From: Klebsormidium nitens
Taxonomy: Eukaryota; Plantae; Klebsormidiophyceae
Assembly (NCBI GenBank): GCA_000708835.1
Contig: DF237489.1
Span: 1-59,679, forward strand
Direction of reading: 5' to 3'
Length of the DNA stretch: 59,679 bases
Shown: positions 36,001 through 48,946 of the stretch, piece by piece
Layout: each line of letters begins with the position of its first letter
Numbering within the stretch: the first letter of the stretch is position 1
Translations under genes and position numbers: made by a program
The notes under the pieces: model-generated
What the model saw: only the letters and a program-made list of their open reading frames with translations
Told to the model about the DNA's origin: nothing
The model's database searches: none

Positions 36001-38373
36001 TGCAGCTGGAGCCGCGGTACCCGCTGATGGGCGGCTGGAAGACGGAGTTCACGCTGGGCTACAGCCTGCCCCTCGCCGACTTCTTGTTCCGCGCCAAGGA
36101 CGGCCGCCGCGTGCTCAACATCACCTTCGGCTGTCCCCTGCGTGACGTCGTCGTTGAGGACCTCACCGTCAAGGTGCGCCGCGGGTGGCCTACCGCGGAG
36201 CATCTGTTGTGACAGCCTGAGTTTCACTCCGGGGCTGCTCGCGATCACCAAATCTGCCGCTGGGGTTATAGACAGCTAGCTGCAAAAGCCTTCTCAAGTG
36301 CTGCTCTAACATGGGCTGTTCAGTTCAATGCATGGAGAGCTGGCAAAAGGCAACCATTCAGTGTCTCTGCTAGTTCTTTTATGTCAACTAGACTGCTGCC
36401 TTTCTCTGATCTGCACTTGTGTCCACCGGCAGGTGATCCTGCCGGAGGGGTCCACCGACCTGACTGCTTCGGTGCCGTTCCCGGTGGCACAAGCGCGCGA
36501 CGTGCGGCTGACGTACCTGGACACGGTGGGCCGCCCCGTGCTGGTGCTCAAGAAGAGCACCGCCGTCATGGAGCACAACCAGCACTTCCAGGTGCGCGGG
36601 ACCCGGGCACCTTCATCCTCTTTGCAGATTGATCAACGTGCTGACGCAAGGCTGTGCGGCTGTTCTTTTGGCAGTGTCCCGTCTGGTTTTGTTGACGCTT
36701 AACCGGAGTCGTGACAGAATTCGTAGGAGCATGCTTTCAGGCTGGAGCGTTCTAGTTCCTTTCGTTTTTTCGCGCCTCCACGAGACCAAGCTCTCTAAAG
36801 CGTGCTTCTGAACCCCACCGCATTGATTAATCTTGTCATCTTGCATTGTGCAATAAGTAGGCCTTTGGCTAAGTACCTCTACCTTTGTGAAACCGAGACC
36901 CCTCATACTTGCTGGCATTTGGAAAACGCGAAGCGGACAGCGCACTTGGGAAACGTGGAACAAGGCAACGGCATCCACCAGAGAACCCGTTCAGCCCTCT
37001 TCTCGCTGCCTGTGCCCCAGTTTCTCCGCTCTGAGCGGACCTTTCCCGACCTGCTCCAGGTGTCGTACCGTTTCCGCGGCGTGGCGCTGCTGGCGGAGCC
37101 TCTGCTTCTGGTGGCCTTCTTTTTGGCGCTGTTCCTGGCCAGCATGGCCTGCCTGCGCGTCGACCTCACCATCGCCAAGTCCTCCGCCTCCTACCAGGCA
37201 GACCTCCACCGCCACAAGGTATGCACCCGCCCCCCGCAACTGCTCCATGTTTCAGACTGTTGCTATATTGTATGGGATCTTGTCAAAGTTTCGCCACTGA
37301 GAGAGAGGCAGAATCAATAACGTGCACTATTTGGTCTGCTCGTGTATCATTACTCATTGTTTTGTTGCATCGTCGACGAGACCGCTTGAGGCTCATGACC
37401 TGCAGTTATCGGATGCAAGAAGTAATTTCAATAGGTGCCTTTCGCACTGATATCCAAACCGCAGATTGAATATTCTTCTAAAGATACGTGTCAAGATTGG
37501 ACGGGGGACTGTTCAGCAGCCTGGGGAGTGTCCGCCCCAAGACAACCCTTGATCGCTCTGCATTTCGCAATGTGTCAGCTCAGAGACAGTGTGAGCACGT
37601 GCAGGTGCGTGATATCTTGGCGCGCTTGGCGGCGCTCCTGACTGCGCGCGCCACCGAGGCGGACAAGATCGAGGCCGCCCTGAAGGAGCTGAGCCGCAGC
37701 GGGGACGTGGGCGCAGCACGCGCAGCGCGCAAGGCGGTGGAGGGCAGCCTCAAGGACTCCGCCAAGAGCGTCAAGGCCCTCCAGGACGAACTGGACGGCG
37801 CGGGGGACGCCAAGGCCGCCGCCAAGGTGGGGGGGCAGGCACATACTTTGCGATGTTCCACAGAGCACAGCGTTCCAACCCCCTTGATTGCCCTCTGAGT
37901 GCCACTGATGCTGGTTATTGTAGAGTTTGCGCGACTGAGAGCAAGGAGAATCAGGATTTGTGAGACGCAAGCTGTATTCTAATCGACACTCTGCCTTGGA
38001 TGCCGTAGCTTCACCACTTTTTGACAGCGTGATACCATCTTTGCCTGGTCTATAAGGTCAAAACGGTGTTTGACAATCTGCCGTTTCTCGACGATATGTA
38101 TTAGGGCTGCACACGTACCGAATGGCATTGGAAATCGGCCGTTTCAATTCTGACGTTGCGAGCCTTGATGCGTTCTTGCCGCAGGCCGCCGCAGTGGTGG
38201 CCAAGGAGCAGCAGAAGGTGACGGCGCAGGCGCAGCTGGCGGAGACGGCGGTGGCGGTGTGGGAGAAGAAGCTGGCCGCCAAGGACGGCGAGCAGCGCAT
38301 GGCCGCGCTACATGCGCGGATAAAGGCACTCAAGCAGGAAGTGCGCGACGCCATCCAGGCGCTCGAGGACTAG
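33054..38373 (+). CDS. RPN1: Dolichyl-diphosphooligosaccharide-protein glycosyltransferase subunit 1 (ribophorin I), multi-exon
   Basis: Signal peptide MGRRTGLLAVWLLVVACYLAPLSA; IHFENNSPF, EIEVSHWGNVYVTENY, IYYRDEIGNISTS, LEPRYPLMGGWKTEF, TYLDTVGRPV, TM LAEPLLLVAFFLALFLASM, and a helical C-terminal tail. Includes a short exon at about 33832-33876. Confidence 0.96.
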
Positions 38374-39599
38374 CTCGCAACATGGGAGCGGCTAGCCTAG
38401 ACGAATGGAGAGGCTGCGTGGACGCAGTCCAAGAATGAGTATTGAGTTGGTTGAGAGATGAGTTTTGGTAGCGTCCCAAAGTTGTGTGGTCGTATGGAGT
38501 CGAAGACCAGGATCGGAATTGATACAAACTTTGCTTCAAAGACGCGAAGATACTTGGGGACCAACTTTTGCATCGCTGTTTACATGAAAGCATGCCAACT
38601 GTGCCACGAGGTTTCTTACTCGCAACAGCGATCTCGAATGTTATGCACGATGCCCTCAGCAAGTTTGCGTTCAATCAACAGATTTGCATGGTCCGTATAG
38701 TTGTTCTCCGTAGCCACTCGACTTCTGACTGGGAACCTAAGCCCTGATGGAAACTTACGGCGGCGCTGGGAGGGCCGGATACTATTCGTCTATGACTGGT
38801 CAAATGTTTCGAAGATCTGCATTCGTTCTCTAATCAGCCACCCTTTAGCTTGAGAACAACCTATCTGCTGTAGTCACGGTACGTAGTGACATACATCCTG
38901 CGCTAGCTATGCTACCTGGGACCTTGGTGCTAGAGCTAGTGCCTCATGCGGCAACTTAAAGGAGAGCGGCGCGCGGCATGAATATTGTATTCAAGCACTG
39001 AATGCTGGCAGATGCGAGCGCCGTCAACGTTAGTACCAGCTTCGTTTAGTAGACATTCTTTCCGGGATCGAAACTCGGTGCAAATCTACACTTTCAAAAC
39101 GTAAGCGTGGAGCAGATAGTTGTATACCGGGTGAGGACCTAGAGAGCAAGCCGTTCTTCTCGGGCCAAAAGGAACGGAAGTCCTGCACCATCTCGTACCC
39201 GGGGTTTATCGATATTAACGGCACAGAAAGAAGTGCTCTCAGATGGAGACGGAACCCCTCTGCAAGGCCGTGAGATTAAGGCCTTGCTGGAGATGATGCT
39301 TGTCAGTCTGGACCTTTCGTAAGTGTCCAGGCAGGTTAGGAATGTCAAGAAACGGGATTGCCTGGGAAGCTGGGCTCGTGGGAGCAGCTAGAGGGATTAG
39401 AGTGAGCATCCAAAGAATTACTTGAATCAAATGGTTCGTATTTTCTGACAAGGTGTCAGCTTTCTTCATCCGACAGCTGTTGAACGGTTTGGCTCGGCAC
39501 TACTGTATTATTAGCAGAGCAACTTGATCTTGGAACCCTTTTCATCCTAAGTAAAAAATGGCCTGCAAGCAAGCAGGTGTCATTCAACAGCTTTTGATC

Positions 39600-40450
39600 T
39601 CGAGCAGGTCGGACCATCATCTTGAGCTTGTCGAGCATCGGAATTGAGGGTCAATGAGGCAATCTCGATGATTACGTGGAACAAAACAAGTCGACTCCAC
39701 CGGTCCTTCAAGCTTTTCCCGTACGTATTCTACTACACACCTGGCCTGTCGGGATCTCTGCGCATACGAGAGTCAAACGCCTTCCTCTTTATCGCAGAGC
39801 TGAAATTAAGCGTCTCGTTGCGACTCGTTGGCCATTCATGCGGACCCTTCACAGGTGGACGCGTATTGAATGCCTCTTGGATTGACGCGTGGGATGACCA
39901 GACGGGAATACTCGACGTGGGAGTATCGACATCGAGGCTTGCAGGTGACGTCACAAGAGCCTTTACAGGGGTGTTTGCATTGAAAGCATACATGTCAGGC
40001 GGCTGCGCGCACGGGGATGACCTTCCGAGCAGCGTCCGGTACGAAGTGCATACTTGCCCCGGGCTCCGAGTCTGCCGTGATGATTCGAACCAGGCCGTGA
40101 TAGAGCCGTCATGGATCAAGCCAATCCTGCCCCTTGCCCGCTTCAACATTCATTGCCTTGGCAGGTTCACAATAGGTGCCTGGATCGAATTGTGTTTAGA
40201 AAAAGCAACGACCCTTTTATGCAGCGAGAGACCCTGATGACAGATGTCAAAGTTCCAGGCAGCAGTAACAGTACAGGCATAAGACGTTGCTTGGCGGGGC
40301 GGCGAATCTTCTTCGAATTGATGCACGTACTTGAAATGCTTTGCAAGTTCTAACCTTGTGATTAGTCTTGGGATTTTCAGCTGCAGGGAGTACTCTGCCG
40401 CCACACGCTGTGTGCGTATGAAACTCTGTTGGCATGGCTAAAGCAGCGCT
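39600..40450 (+). mobile_element. Decayed Mutator-like (MULE) transposase relic with SWIM finger
   Basis: Frame 1 reads LDDYVEQ...LQAFPVRILLHTW (about 39660-39745; cf. MULE D..xE..AI..xFP..xLLCxWH) and CD*SWDFQLQGVLCRH at 40357-40404 (cf. SWIM CxC...F...GxxCxH). Interrupted by stops and frameshifts. Confidence 0.5.
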
Positions 40451-41578
40451 TCTGACCTGGATTGACACATTCGTGGACCTTTCTCGTGAGCATTATAGAG
40501 GTGGTGACACGGTGACAGCTGTTGGTTAAGTGCGACGACAGCCGTCAGGCGGCTCGGCACGAGATTCGGAGCGACGCTATTGAACTGGTGGTGCTTAACA
40601 AATTTCACCACAGTTGTCGCTCGAGCAAACAGCTGTCGTCCTAAACCGCTCCTTCAGCAGGTGAGCACATTTCAGCATGAGCTTGCATCCATAATACCGA
40701 TCCTTATTGTCACGAAGCCACGTCCGGCCGACTGATGCCACTTCCTGATTAGGCACTTCCTCAAAGATCCTTGCTAGCACTAGCACAATTTGATGAGGTT
40801 GGAACCTCCTTGCAGGCCCCGGCCCGCATGTAAGCTCATGCAAACGCCTTTTTCCGGCGAGTTATTCACTGCCTCAACAAACCCTTGCATTCATTACGGC
40901 TCTGAAGGAGCCTGTCCGAGCCGCCAGATGTGACACGTGGCACAATGCCGTCACGGAACGCTCGCGATCGACTCTTGGCTGCGAGCAAGACCGAGAACAT
41001 TCTGTATGTTCACGGATGCATCTTGGAATCCCGGCACAGCTCGCACGCTCATCAGCTGCGGTCAGAAGGTCCTATTGGTCAGGTTGCACTCAAGGGGATC
41101 CCTCTCTGAGCAGCGCCCATCATAAGCAGGGGGTATCTCCCAGGGCTTTGCTGCGATTATGTGGCGTCCAGTCCGAGCAGGCCACTGTACACATCCGTGC
41201 ACGATCAGGCTGACATATGCTGATTGTCTAGCGCCTTCGATCAGATTCAAGCAGAAACCCGTTTCTTTGAACAAAAACCTAGCACCTACCTGCACTGCGT
41301 CACGTCAACCATTACTTGAAGTGCTCTTGATTGACCAGTGTTCCAGTCTCGACACGAACTTGCAGGACAGATCTAGCCGTCACAAAACGAAGCAATTCAT
41401 CGGATGCTGCTTCAAGAACGTGATGTACAAGCATAAGCAATGGTCACCTGTGCAGGTGGTCGCGATGTTTTACGAGTTGAGGCAAAGCTCTGCTCTGATT
41501 GGGTCGGCAGCAAAAGGTGCAACATTTATTGGAGCATGCGCTAATGATGTCGATTGATCACCCGTAGCGCGTGTTCCC

Positions 41579-41679
41579 CAGGACCGCAGCCTGGACCGGG
41601 ACCGCAGCCCGGTAAGGAAAGTAGAAAACAGGGACCGCAGCCCTGCAGGGACCGCAGCCCTGCAGGGACCGCAGCCCTG
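41579..41679. repeat. 17-bp tandem repeat CAGGGACCGCAGCCCTG x3 plus two degenerate copies
   Basis: Exact copies at 41629-41645, 41646-41662, 41663-41679; GGACCGCAGCC cores at 41581 and 41599. Confidence 0.95.
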
Positions 41680-43112
41680 AACGCCTAGCTGGCGTTGCAA
41701 AGAGGGGCAGGATTCGTGTCCATAAAGACGTCTTACGTGAAAACCAGACTTTGTGGGCCGTGTGAAGTTGGCCCGAGTCCGGCCGTCCGATGATGCCACG
41801 TGTCAGATCCAACGGCTCGAAGAAGGGCACTCAGACTCGCGACGGTTCGCCACGACGCGAAGCCGCGAGGATAGCGAAGGCTTCAAACAGAAGGACAGCG
41901 AAGAGCCCGGGAAGGCAGGCGCTTTAGAGACGAAGCGGAATTCAAGACTGCACGGAAGACGGAACATAATATATCCGTCCTAATGCTAAGACTTCAAGTT
42001 TGGTCCACCCTTATAATCTATTGGGTCGCCTTGCAAAGCCCTATGATTTGTTGGACCATCTTCGACCCCGCAATCATTCTCCCTGGCCGAATTAACCATG
42101 AACTTCCACTCGTCTTAATCCCTTCCAAAATCTATGAATATCCGTGCTCCAAGCGATTCCTTCAGCCTCTTGTGCTGAAACAGAACGGTGTGCTTGTTCT
42201 CAAGCTTTCGCGGAAACTCTTGCCTGGCACATGTCATGCGTCTCTGGCGGCTAACAACCGACTTTAGCGATGTGAATGTTGTCTCATAACATGAGCGACA
42301 GTACAGCAGATTGTCTGTCCGACAAGCGACCGGCTAGAGTGTAAGCCCTTTTCCGCAGGTCAAAGGGAGCAGAACAGCTCCTGTCCGCCAGACATTACCA
42401 CACGCCGACTACGCCGGCTCGAGCAAGGTGCGCGTCAGATGGAGACGACTTTGCTGTGAAGCCTCGAGTGAAAGGCTGTACACCTTGAGTTTTTGACTTC
42501 GTGTATTGGAAGACATACAATTTCAGGCACAAAAAGGTTGCCAGATAAGGTTGACGGCGTTCAAGAAGCTGGACTAGCTCCTAGTAGGTGATTGGGATCA
42601 AACTACCCAAGCGTCCAACGTATCGTACGCAGGTCGTATGCAGAAGTATGCATACACATTGATGCAAGGTATATGCAGTCGGCCATGGAGATGAAGTTGG
42701 AATCCTCAGCTTGGGGCACGACAGTAATTTGCAACTTGATCGCGGGCCAACATCACATGGCATGTTATGATCGAATAGACGAAGCCCATAAATCTCAAGA
42801 ACGGTCTTACACAAGTCATGCAAGTGGATGGTCGACATGAACCGCAAATTGGGCGTGATTGCGACGTGTATACATACGTACAACGCTCTCAGGGCGCCCA
42901 CCGTCACGCAATGATTACTGGGAAAAGCTATATGATTCCTTGACAGCCCATGCCATTGATCGACGCAAAATATCACACAGGCGGATACAGGGGCTTGACA
43001 GACTGTGCCCAATCGAGAGCCACTTGCATAAGGAGTCCTTGCATGCAGAACGATTTGATGAAGTTAGACATTGTCCAATCGTCTATCATAGGACCCTTGC
43101 ATGCGTGCCAGG

Positions 43113-46100
43113 CTATTGCGTCTGCGGCCCATCCAGCGCAGCCAGCTGCTGCGCGAGGTTGACTTTGCCTTTGGCCATCCCGATGTGTATCCGCGCGTAT
43201 CGCGCGATGTCCTTGTTGCCGCACGCCTTGGCGGCCGCCAGCGCGGCCTCGAACTCGCCCGCGGCCGTCGCGTGGCGCCCCACCCGGGTAGCCACCACGC
43301 CCAACAGAAAGTGCGCCTCCGCCACGCCGGCGCCGTCCTCCAGGGAGGTGCACACCGCCAGGTATCTGGGCGGAACGGACGGAATTTCTGAGAACGGCGA
43401 TTGGGGTTGGCTTTGAGAGCTTTACGAAACGAGTGCCCAACCAGCGGGACATCGGAAGAACTGCTCTTGAAAGATTTTGCCCACGATTTTTCCTCCATGA
43501 TGAGAGGGAAATCCTCAAAGTGTCTCTTGTGGTGATGGCGCACACATCGGATAGCGCATCAGGTTGCATTCGGACTCAATGACCGGCTGAAAAGGTTCGC
43601 AGTCGGTAGGACGCAAAGAGCGAGAGGCGTCGCCCAATCTGCGGCGCCCATTAGGCCAAAGTCATCACCTGCTCTGCTGTGAGTGACGGCAAAACTTGTG
43701 GGTCAAGCATGATAGGGCCATGGCACATCGTTTGCTCTTGTATGCTCCCCTTGCAACCGCGTGTAAATTTCAACGGCTACATCTAGACAAGACTGCTCGT
43801 GCTCTTGTCGGCTCCATCGATCTCGGCAGCAGGCCATCATCTTGCTTGACCGTTACGCCAACAACGACAAAATGGGTGAGATCGGCTTTATTTGTGGAAC
43901 AGCCAGGACTTCGCGACAAATTCTTCCGCGCTGTGCGCGCGCTGACCTTCGTATGCAGTCCTCCGCGCTCGCGAGCACCTTGTCCTGTTGCAGCAGCAGC
44001 CGCCCCAGGTTGCCCACCGCCGCGCGCTCGCACACCGCGTCGCCGCCCTGGATCGCGGCCGCCAGCGCGCGCTGCCAACCAATGAAGCATAGCGGGATCG
44101 GGACACAGAATCCGCGTTCCAACGGGTACAACCTTACGACGACGCAAGCATAGTTGTATTGATGGAACCATATTCTTTGAGTGCTCGTCCACATAGAATC
44201 TTATTCGCTACGATTACTGTGCGTACTTACTTTGGTGCTGCAAATCTCAAAAGAAACTGTTGGCTTGGCAGTCTCAGCCGTGCGGTCAAAGCGCCTTGCA
44301 AACGCTCCCATGTCCCCTCCCCTCCCCTCACCTTGTGCATCTCGATCGCCTCATTCCCCCGCCCCAGCCGCGTCAGCAGCAGCCCCGCATTGCCGGCCGC
44401 CATGGCGCGGCCGCGGCCGTCGGCCGCCAGGTCCCCGTGCTGCGCGTGGTGCCCCAACGCCGCCTCGTACTCCGCCGCAGCGTCGCCCGGGAGACTGCAC
44501 CCGGCCTCCTCGCCCAGGCTCTCAGCCAGGCCGGCTGTCTGCGGAACGCACGGGCGAGTGGCACGTCAGGAGCCGTCCGTGGAATGTATCCCGACGAGGA
44601 CCTCAGAAGCACTGGCTATCCATGTCGGGTACATCCGTGAGCCGTCTGCTTACATCGTAGTCATGAGCCCTCGTCGCAGCTGCAAGCATGCGTTGTGGTC
44701 GAGACGGAGGGGTCTGGAAGCTAGGCTAGGTATGTGGAAAACAGGAGGTGTGTTCGACACAGAAGGAAAACTTTGAAAGCATGAAATTTCATAGAAGAAG
44801 CCGAAGGGGTTGCCTGCCTACCCTCGGGCTGCCCGGCTTGGCGGCCACGTAGTCGCCCGCGGCCGCGTGCGCAATTCCGAGGCAGTTGTGCGCGAGCACC
44901 TGCAGGTCCTGGTCCTGCGACTGCACGCACGCGCGCAGGAAGCGCTCGTAGACGTCCACGGCGCGGCCGTACTCCTGCGAGGGCACTTGGGGTGAGATGG
45001 GAATCAAGCGCTGGATCAGAGCAGGTCAGGAGTTATGACAGCCTTGTACAAGTTGCGAGTAATATTGGGAATAAGTGTAGGTCAAGAGGTGCTCAGCATA
45101 CCACAAGAGGTTTCTCTTACTTTTCATGTCCTACTGGCCGGTCCCTTATTTAGTACTGGCTCCCTTGGTTTACGCTGACATAGAGAGATTGTCCCTTTGA
45201 TTGGGTGCGGAGAGGTAGGAGCAGCACCTCGCAAGGAGACGCAACCGCTTCCAGATAGGATCGGACTTGGTTGGCCATCTATGTCACTCCGATAGGCTTG
45301 TGGCTACCTTCGAGTGTGCATGATGAGAAGCACCTTTTCCCACATTTGGCGTCTCTTCACGTCTCACCTTAGGCCGAAACGTCACCGGCACTCATCAGCA
45401 TAAGCGCTTACCTACTCGAGGGCGGTATTGTCATTTGATTTTGTTTGAAGATCATTGAGGTGTCGGCAGATCTTGACCAGACCGGTGAATGAGGGGGACT
45501 CTGGCTGCCTCATGATGCCAGGATTTGGACAGCTACTTATCGAAGGCGCTTTGCAGCTAGAATGCTAGGGTGCCTTGCCTCTTGCTTTCTCCACCCAAGA
45601 TGCCTCTGCAGAGCCCCCTCAGGCGTTTCCTTGCTTGACCGCAGATGACGGAACATTTTAGAACGCGCTTGTGCAAAAGAACGCTTCGAGACACCGCCCA
45701 CGTGGTAATTGCGTACCTGGGCGTTCTCGAGCAGGACCGCCATGCTGAGCAGGGCACGTGCTTCTTCCCGCGTGCGGCCCGGGTTGTTGAGGCGGTGCGA
45801 CGTCTCCGCCAGGACCGAGAAGTCGGCCAGCTGGGGACCACCGCCTGGGGCAAGGCACCGGGCAGAGGGTCGGGCAGCGGTTCGGGCAACGATTAGGGGC
45901 GCAAGCGAAGCAGGATTACGATAAAGAATCGATTCTCAGAGCTGGTCGCTGAGTTGTCTTGACTAAACAATTGCGCATCACGTTCAGAAGAGACTTAGAT
46001 AAGACGCCAAGAAGTGTATTTCTTCTTAAGAACGTAGTAAGGTCGAAGCGATGGGGATTCGTTCGACGCGATCACAGAGCTTTGAAGTACATGTTAGAAG

Positions 46101-47870
46101 CTCCACCAAAGCCTTCAACGTCTCTCAACAAGCAGCGAACCGTCAAAAGTGGGACGTCCAGACGTTGAGCCCACAGAAAGCTGAATCTAGCAAAGGGCCC
46201 GTAATCAGCGACTTGAGGGGTCCCCCAAAGAGGCAGGGGCAATGCGGCTCGTTACAGCTTGTGCGCTCACCTTTGCCCGAATCTGCACTTCTCTTCCTTT
46301 CTGGAATACGCCAGTCGGGTGGCGGCTCCAATCGTTGTTGTTGTGAAATTGGCGGATACACCCGAGGAGTATCGTCAACCTCGACTTCTGGAGGGTTCAA
46401 AGAGCCCGGCTTGGCGCGGGGGGATCGCGGGGACGATAGCAGCTGGACGGAGCGCACCTGCCCCGAGCGGGCTGCGGCCTCCTCGTGCCTGCAGAAACAG
46501 AGATGCACGTTATTGAGAAACACAATGAAAGCAACATGCGGCTCTGGAAACATTTCCAGGGTCGCTCCTCGTGGTGGGGGTTCTTGCAGCGACAGTCCTG
46601 AAAGCAAGCTTTTCTTTTGTAGGAGCAAGGCGGATCGGTCTTTGCAAGTCCAGTCCACGTCTTCCTGACGGATCCTTGGTCCAATGGTGCAACAGGCAAC
46701 GGCTTTCTTTCGTGCTAGACACCTGCCCTGATCCCTAGTTCTGACGTAGGTTTACGCCTTCGGGAAATAGACAGCTGACACAAGTGATCAGATAGCCCCA
46801 ATTGGTGTCTCGTCCCTTTTTCAAGGCATACACTATCATCTCGTGACCGGCCGCCCAGACACCTGGCGGGGCTGGCCCTCACCAGAGCCGGACGCTGCTG
46901 GCCTTTTCCCTGAGCGTCTTGGCGGGGGAGTGCGGGCTGCCAGCCCAAGGACTGCCCTCCAGGCCTGCAAAGGATTTTACGGGGAATGTCAGACACACAG
47001 CCACAGTCGAGTATCAGTGGAGTGCTTGCTGACCAAGTGATGCCGAGGTTGTAGACAGGCATGGAGAGCTGGCAGAGCAGCTTGTTGTGTAGCCCAACAT
47101 TGTCTTCTTTCTGGAGCTTGACGTGACAGCGTGACGCTTCCAAAGAAGTAGCCACTCCTGTGAGCCCTTTCTGCATAACTAGTTCTGGCAACCCCGTTCC
47201 CTTTTTGAAACCCGTACTCTGCCTTTTTACTTCCCAGTAGCGCCCAGTCAACGTCCTCACCTTTGGGCGTCTCTCCTCCCCCCATCCTGCCCTCCACTCC
47301 CATTCCTTCCTCCAGCTCTAAGGCCTTAACCCGCGCTGCGCCCCGCCCTGTCGGAGTCCCCACCGGTCGGCCCTCCGCCTCCAAAATTGCTCGATACTGT
47401 GGCAGACCCGCCAATGTGGGGCTGCCCGCCCCTTGCTCCCAGCCCCTCTCGTCCTGCTCCGCCAGCGCCCGCAGGTGCAGCTTCAGGTCTGGTAAGGACC
47501 GTGTCAGCATTTCTTTCTGTCCCGCCCTTCCCGCCCACTGCTCCCCGCCTTCTAACGGGGCCACGCCAGCTGGCAAGGTCCCGTGCGCAGGAGGCGCCAG
47601 CTTCTTCTGCTGCCAAATGGGGCTCAGCACCTTTGGCGGCGGGGGCGGGTACTCGGAGCCATTGCTGGTGCCGGGATGGGGTGATGGCGGCCCTCGTTTC
47701 GGCCCCCCTCCTGAGGTGAGGCCTGAGCGGGGGCTTGCAGTTGCCCGCGGGGTGCTCTGACTGGCAAGCTCATCACTCAGGTTGGCCAAGTTGCTGCGGG
47801 GAGAGACGCTTGACGGCGTGGCAGTGCCCCGGCTAGACAGCTGTCCATCCGCATTGCCGAGGTCCGCCAT
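43113..47870 (-). CDS. Tetratricopeptide-repeat protein with a long Pro/Ser-rich N-terminus (multi-exon)
   Basis: GT-AG-bounded exons give EEARALLSMAVLLENAQ-EYGRAVDVYERFL, LAHNCLGIAHAAAGDY, MAAGNAGLLLTRLGRGNEAIEMHK, RAAVGNLGRLL, AEAHFLLGVVATRVGRHATAAGEFEAALAAA. The middle exons (46-47 kb) are not fully resolved. Confidence 0.8.
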
Positions 47871-48585
47871 GGGGAGGGTCGTGATGTCACCTGCTCTGGT
47901 GCATGATCATTTTCAAGATACTTGCCACATTTGCACTGCCCACTCCGCCTTGAAGGCAAAATGCAGAGTTCAGGGACAATGAACGAGGATCAGAAATGAT
48001 TGTGGAAGTTTGCTGTTATGACATTGTTGATGTGGCTCTTGCAAGCTGTCCAGGGGCAGCTACTCTAGCTCCGTAAGTCCTTTGATATAAGCTCACGCCC
48101 AGGACAAGCTGCTTGATCAAGCTCAGACATTTCACTTTAACCACAGGACTTTTGGCCCCTGAATCTCGTAAAAAGACTGCTTCTTAACCATTTGCTAAGT
48201 CACTTTGCCGCATCATTTGGACCGTGGAACGAAAGTGGCCTCCAATATTTTGGGGTGATGTCAACAGGCGGCTCGCTTTCAGTTCACTGTATATCGAGAC
48301 GACGGATGTAGGATAGAACGAGACTGCTCAGACAAGAAGGAACTTCGCTCATGCTGCAGCCCTGAAATCGATGCAGGTCGCGAGCCGCCCGGGCGCAACC
48401 TTAGAGCTGAAGATTCAACTAGCTTGAACAGATACCCGGCTACAATACGGAAGTGTGCTAATACTCTTGGCATTGCTGTGCGAATCAACTTCCTGCGTTG
48501 TCGAGTCCAATTAAATTTAGGATGTTCAGTTGACCAAGCTTGGTCCAACGATATTTCTTGCCTGTTCTCCCGTTGACGACCGGCT

Positions 48586-48640
48586 TTCGAGGCCGGGCGC
48601 GGCGCGGCCGCCCGGCCTCGAACTTGTGCGCGGCGGCACA
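48586..48640. promoter_or_regulatory. Perfect 14-bp GC-rich inverted repeat plus an adjacent 5-bp hairpin in the TPR/NHA divergent intergenic region
   Basis: TTCGAGGCCGGGCG (48586-48599) and CGCCCGGCCTCGAA (48609-48622) with a 9-nt loop; then TGTGC-GCGGCG-GCACA (48625-48640). The structure is certain; the regulatory role is inferred. Confidence 0.5.
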
Positions 48641-48946
48641 GACAACTTGAGGGATTGCCTCAGACCTTGCCAGACAAGGTGCATTATGAATTTACGGTAT
48701 GCTCGTTGAAGGCTCGTTGTCTCATGCAAAAACGTTTCCAAAGGAGCTTTGAACCCAGGCAGCAGCCACCATCCACAGAAGTCTGCTTCTCGTCAGCCCT
48801 TCTGCTTGAGTTTTCCCAACCTCTGGTGGTTTCACCTTGATCCAGGCCTTCTGAGAGCTCTTGCAAAGTTGCTGGTTTGCGCGCTGTAGTGATGGCCTAG
48901 CAACCCGCCTGTGTGAGAGCTGGGGGCCGGGCTACCCAGGTCGAAG

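Noticed and set aside
39455-39520. Kinase-like FIRQLLNGL peptide
   Set aside because: No HRD, DFG or other kinase motifs follow in any frame.
41579-41679. 17-bp palindromic repeats as a CRISPR array
   Set aside because: Units are head-to-tail without unique spacers, are too short, have no cas genes nearby, and the context is eukaryotic.
48892-48900. Minimal uORF ATG-GCC-TAG upstream of the antiporter
   Set aside because: May lie in a 5' intron (CCCAG|G at about 48939), and there is no TSS evidence.
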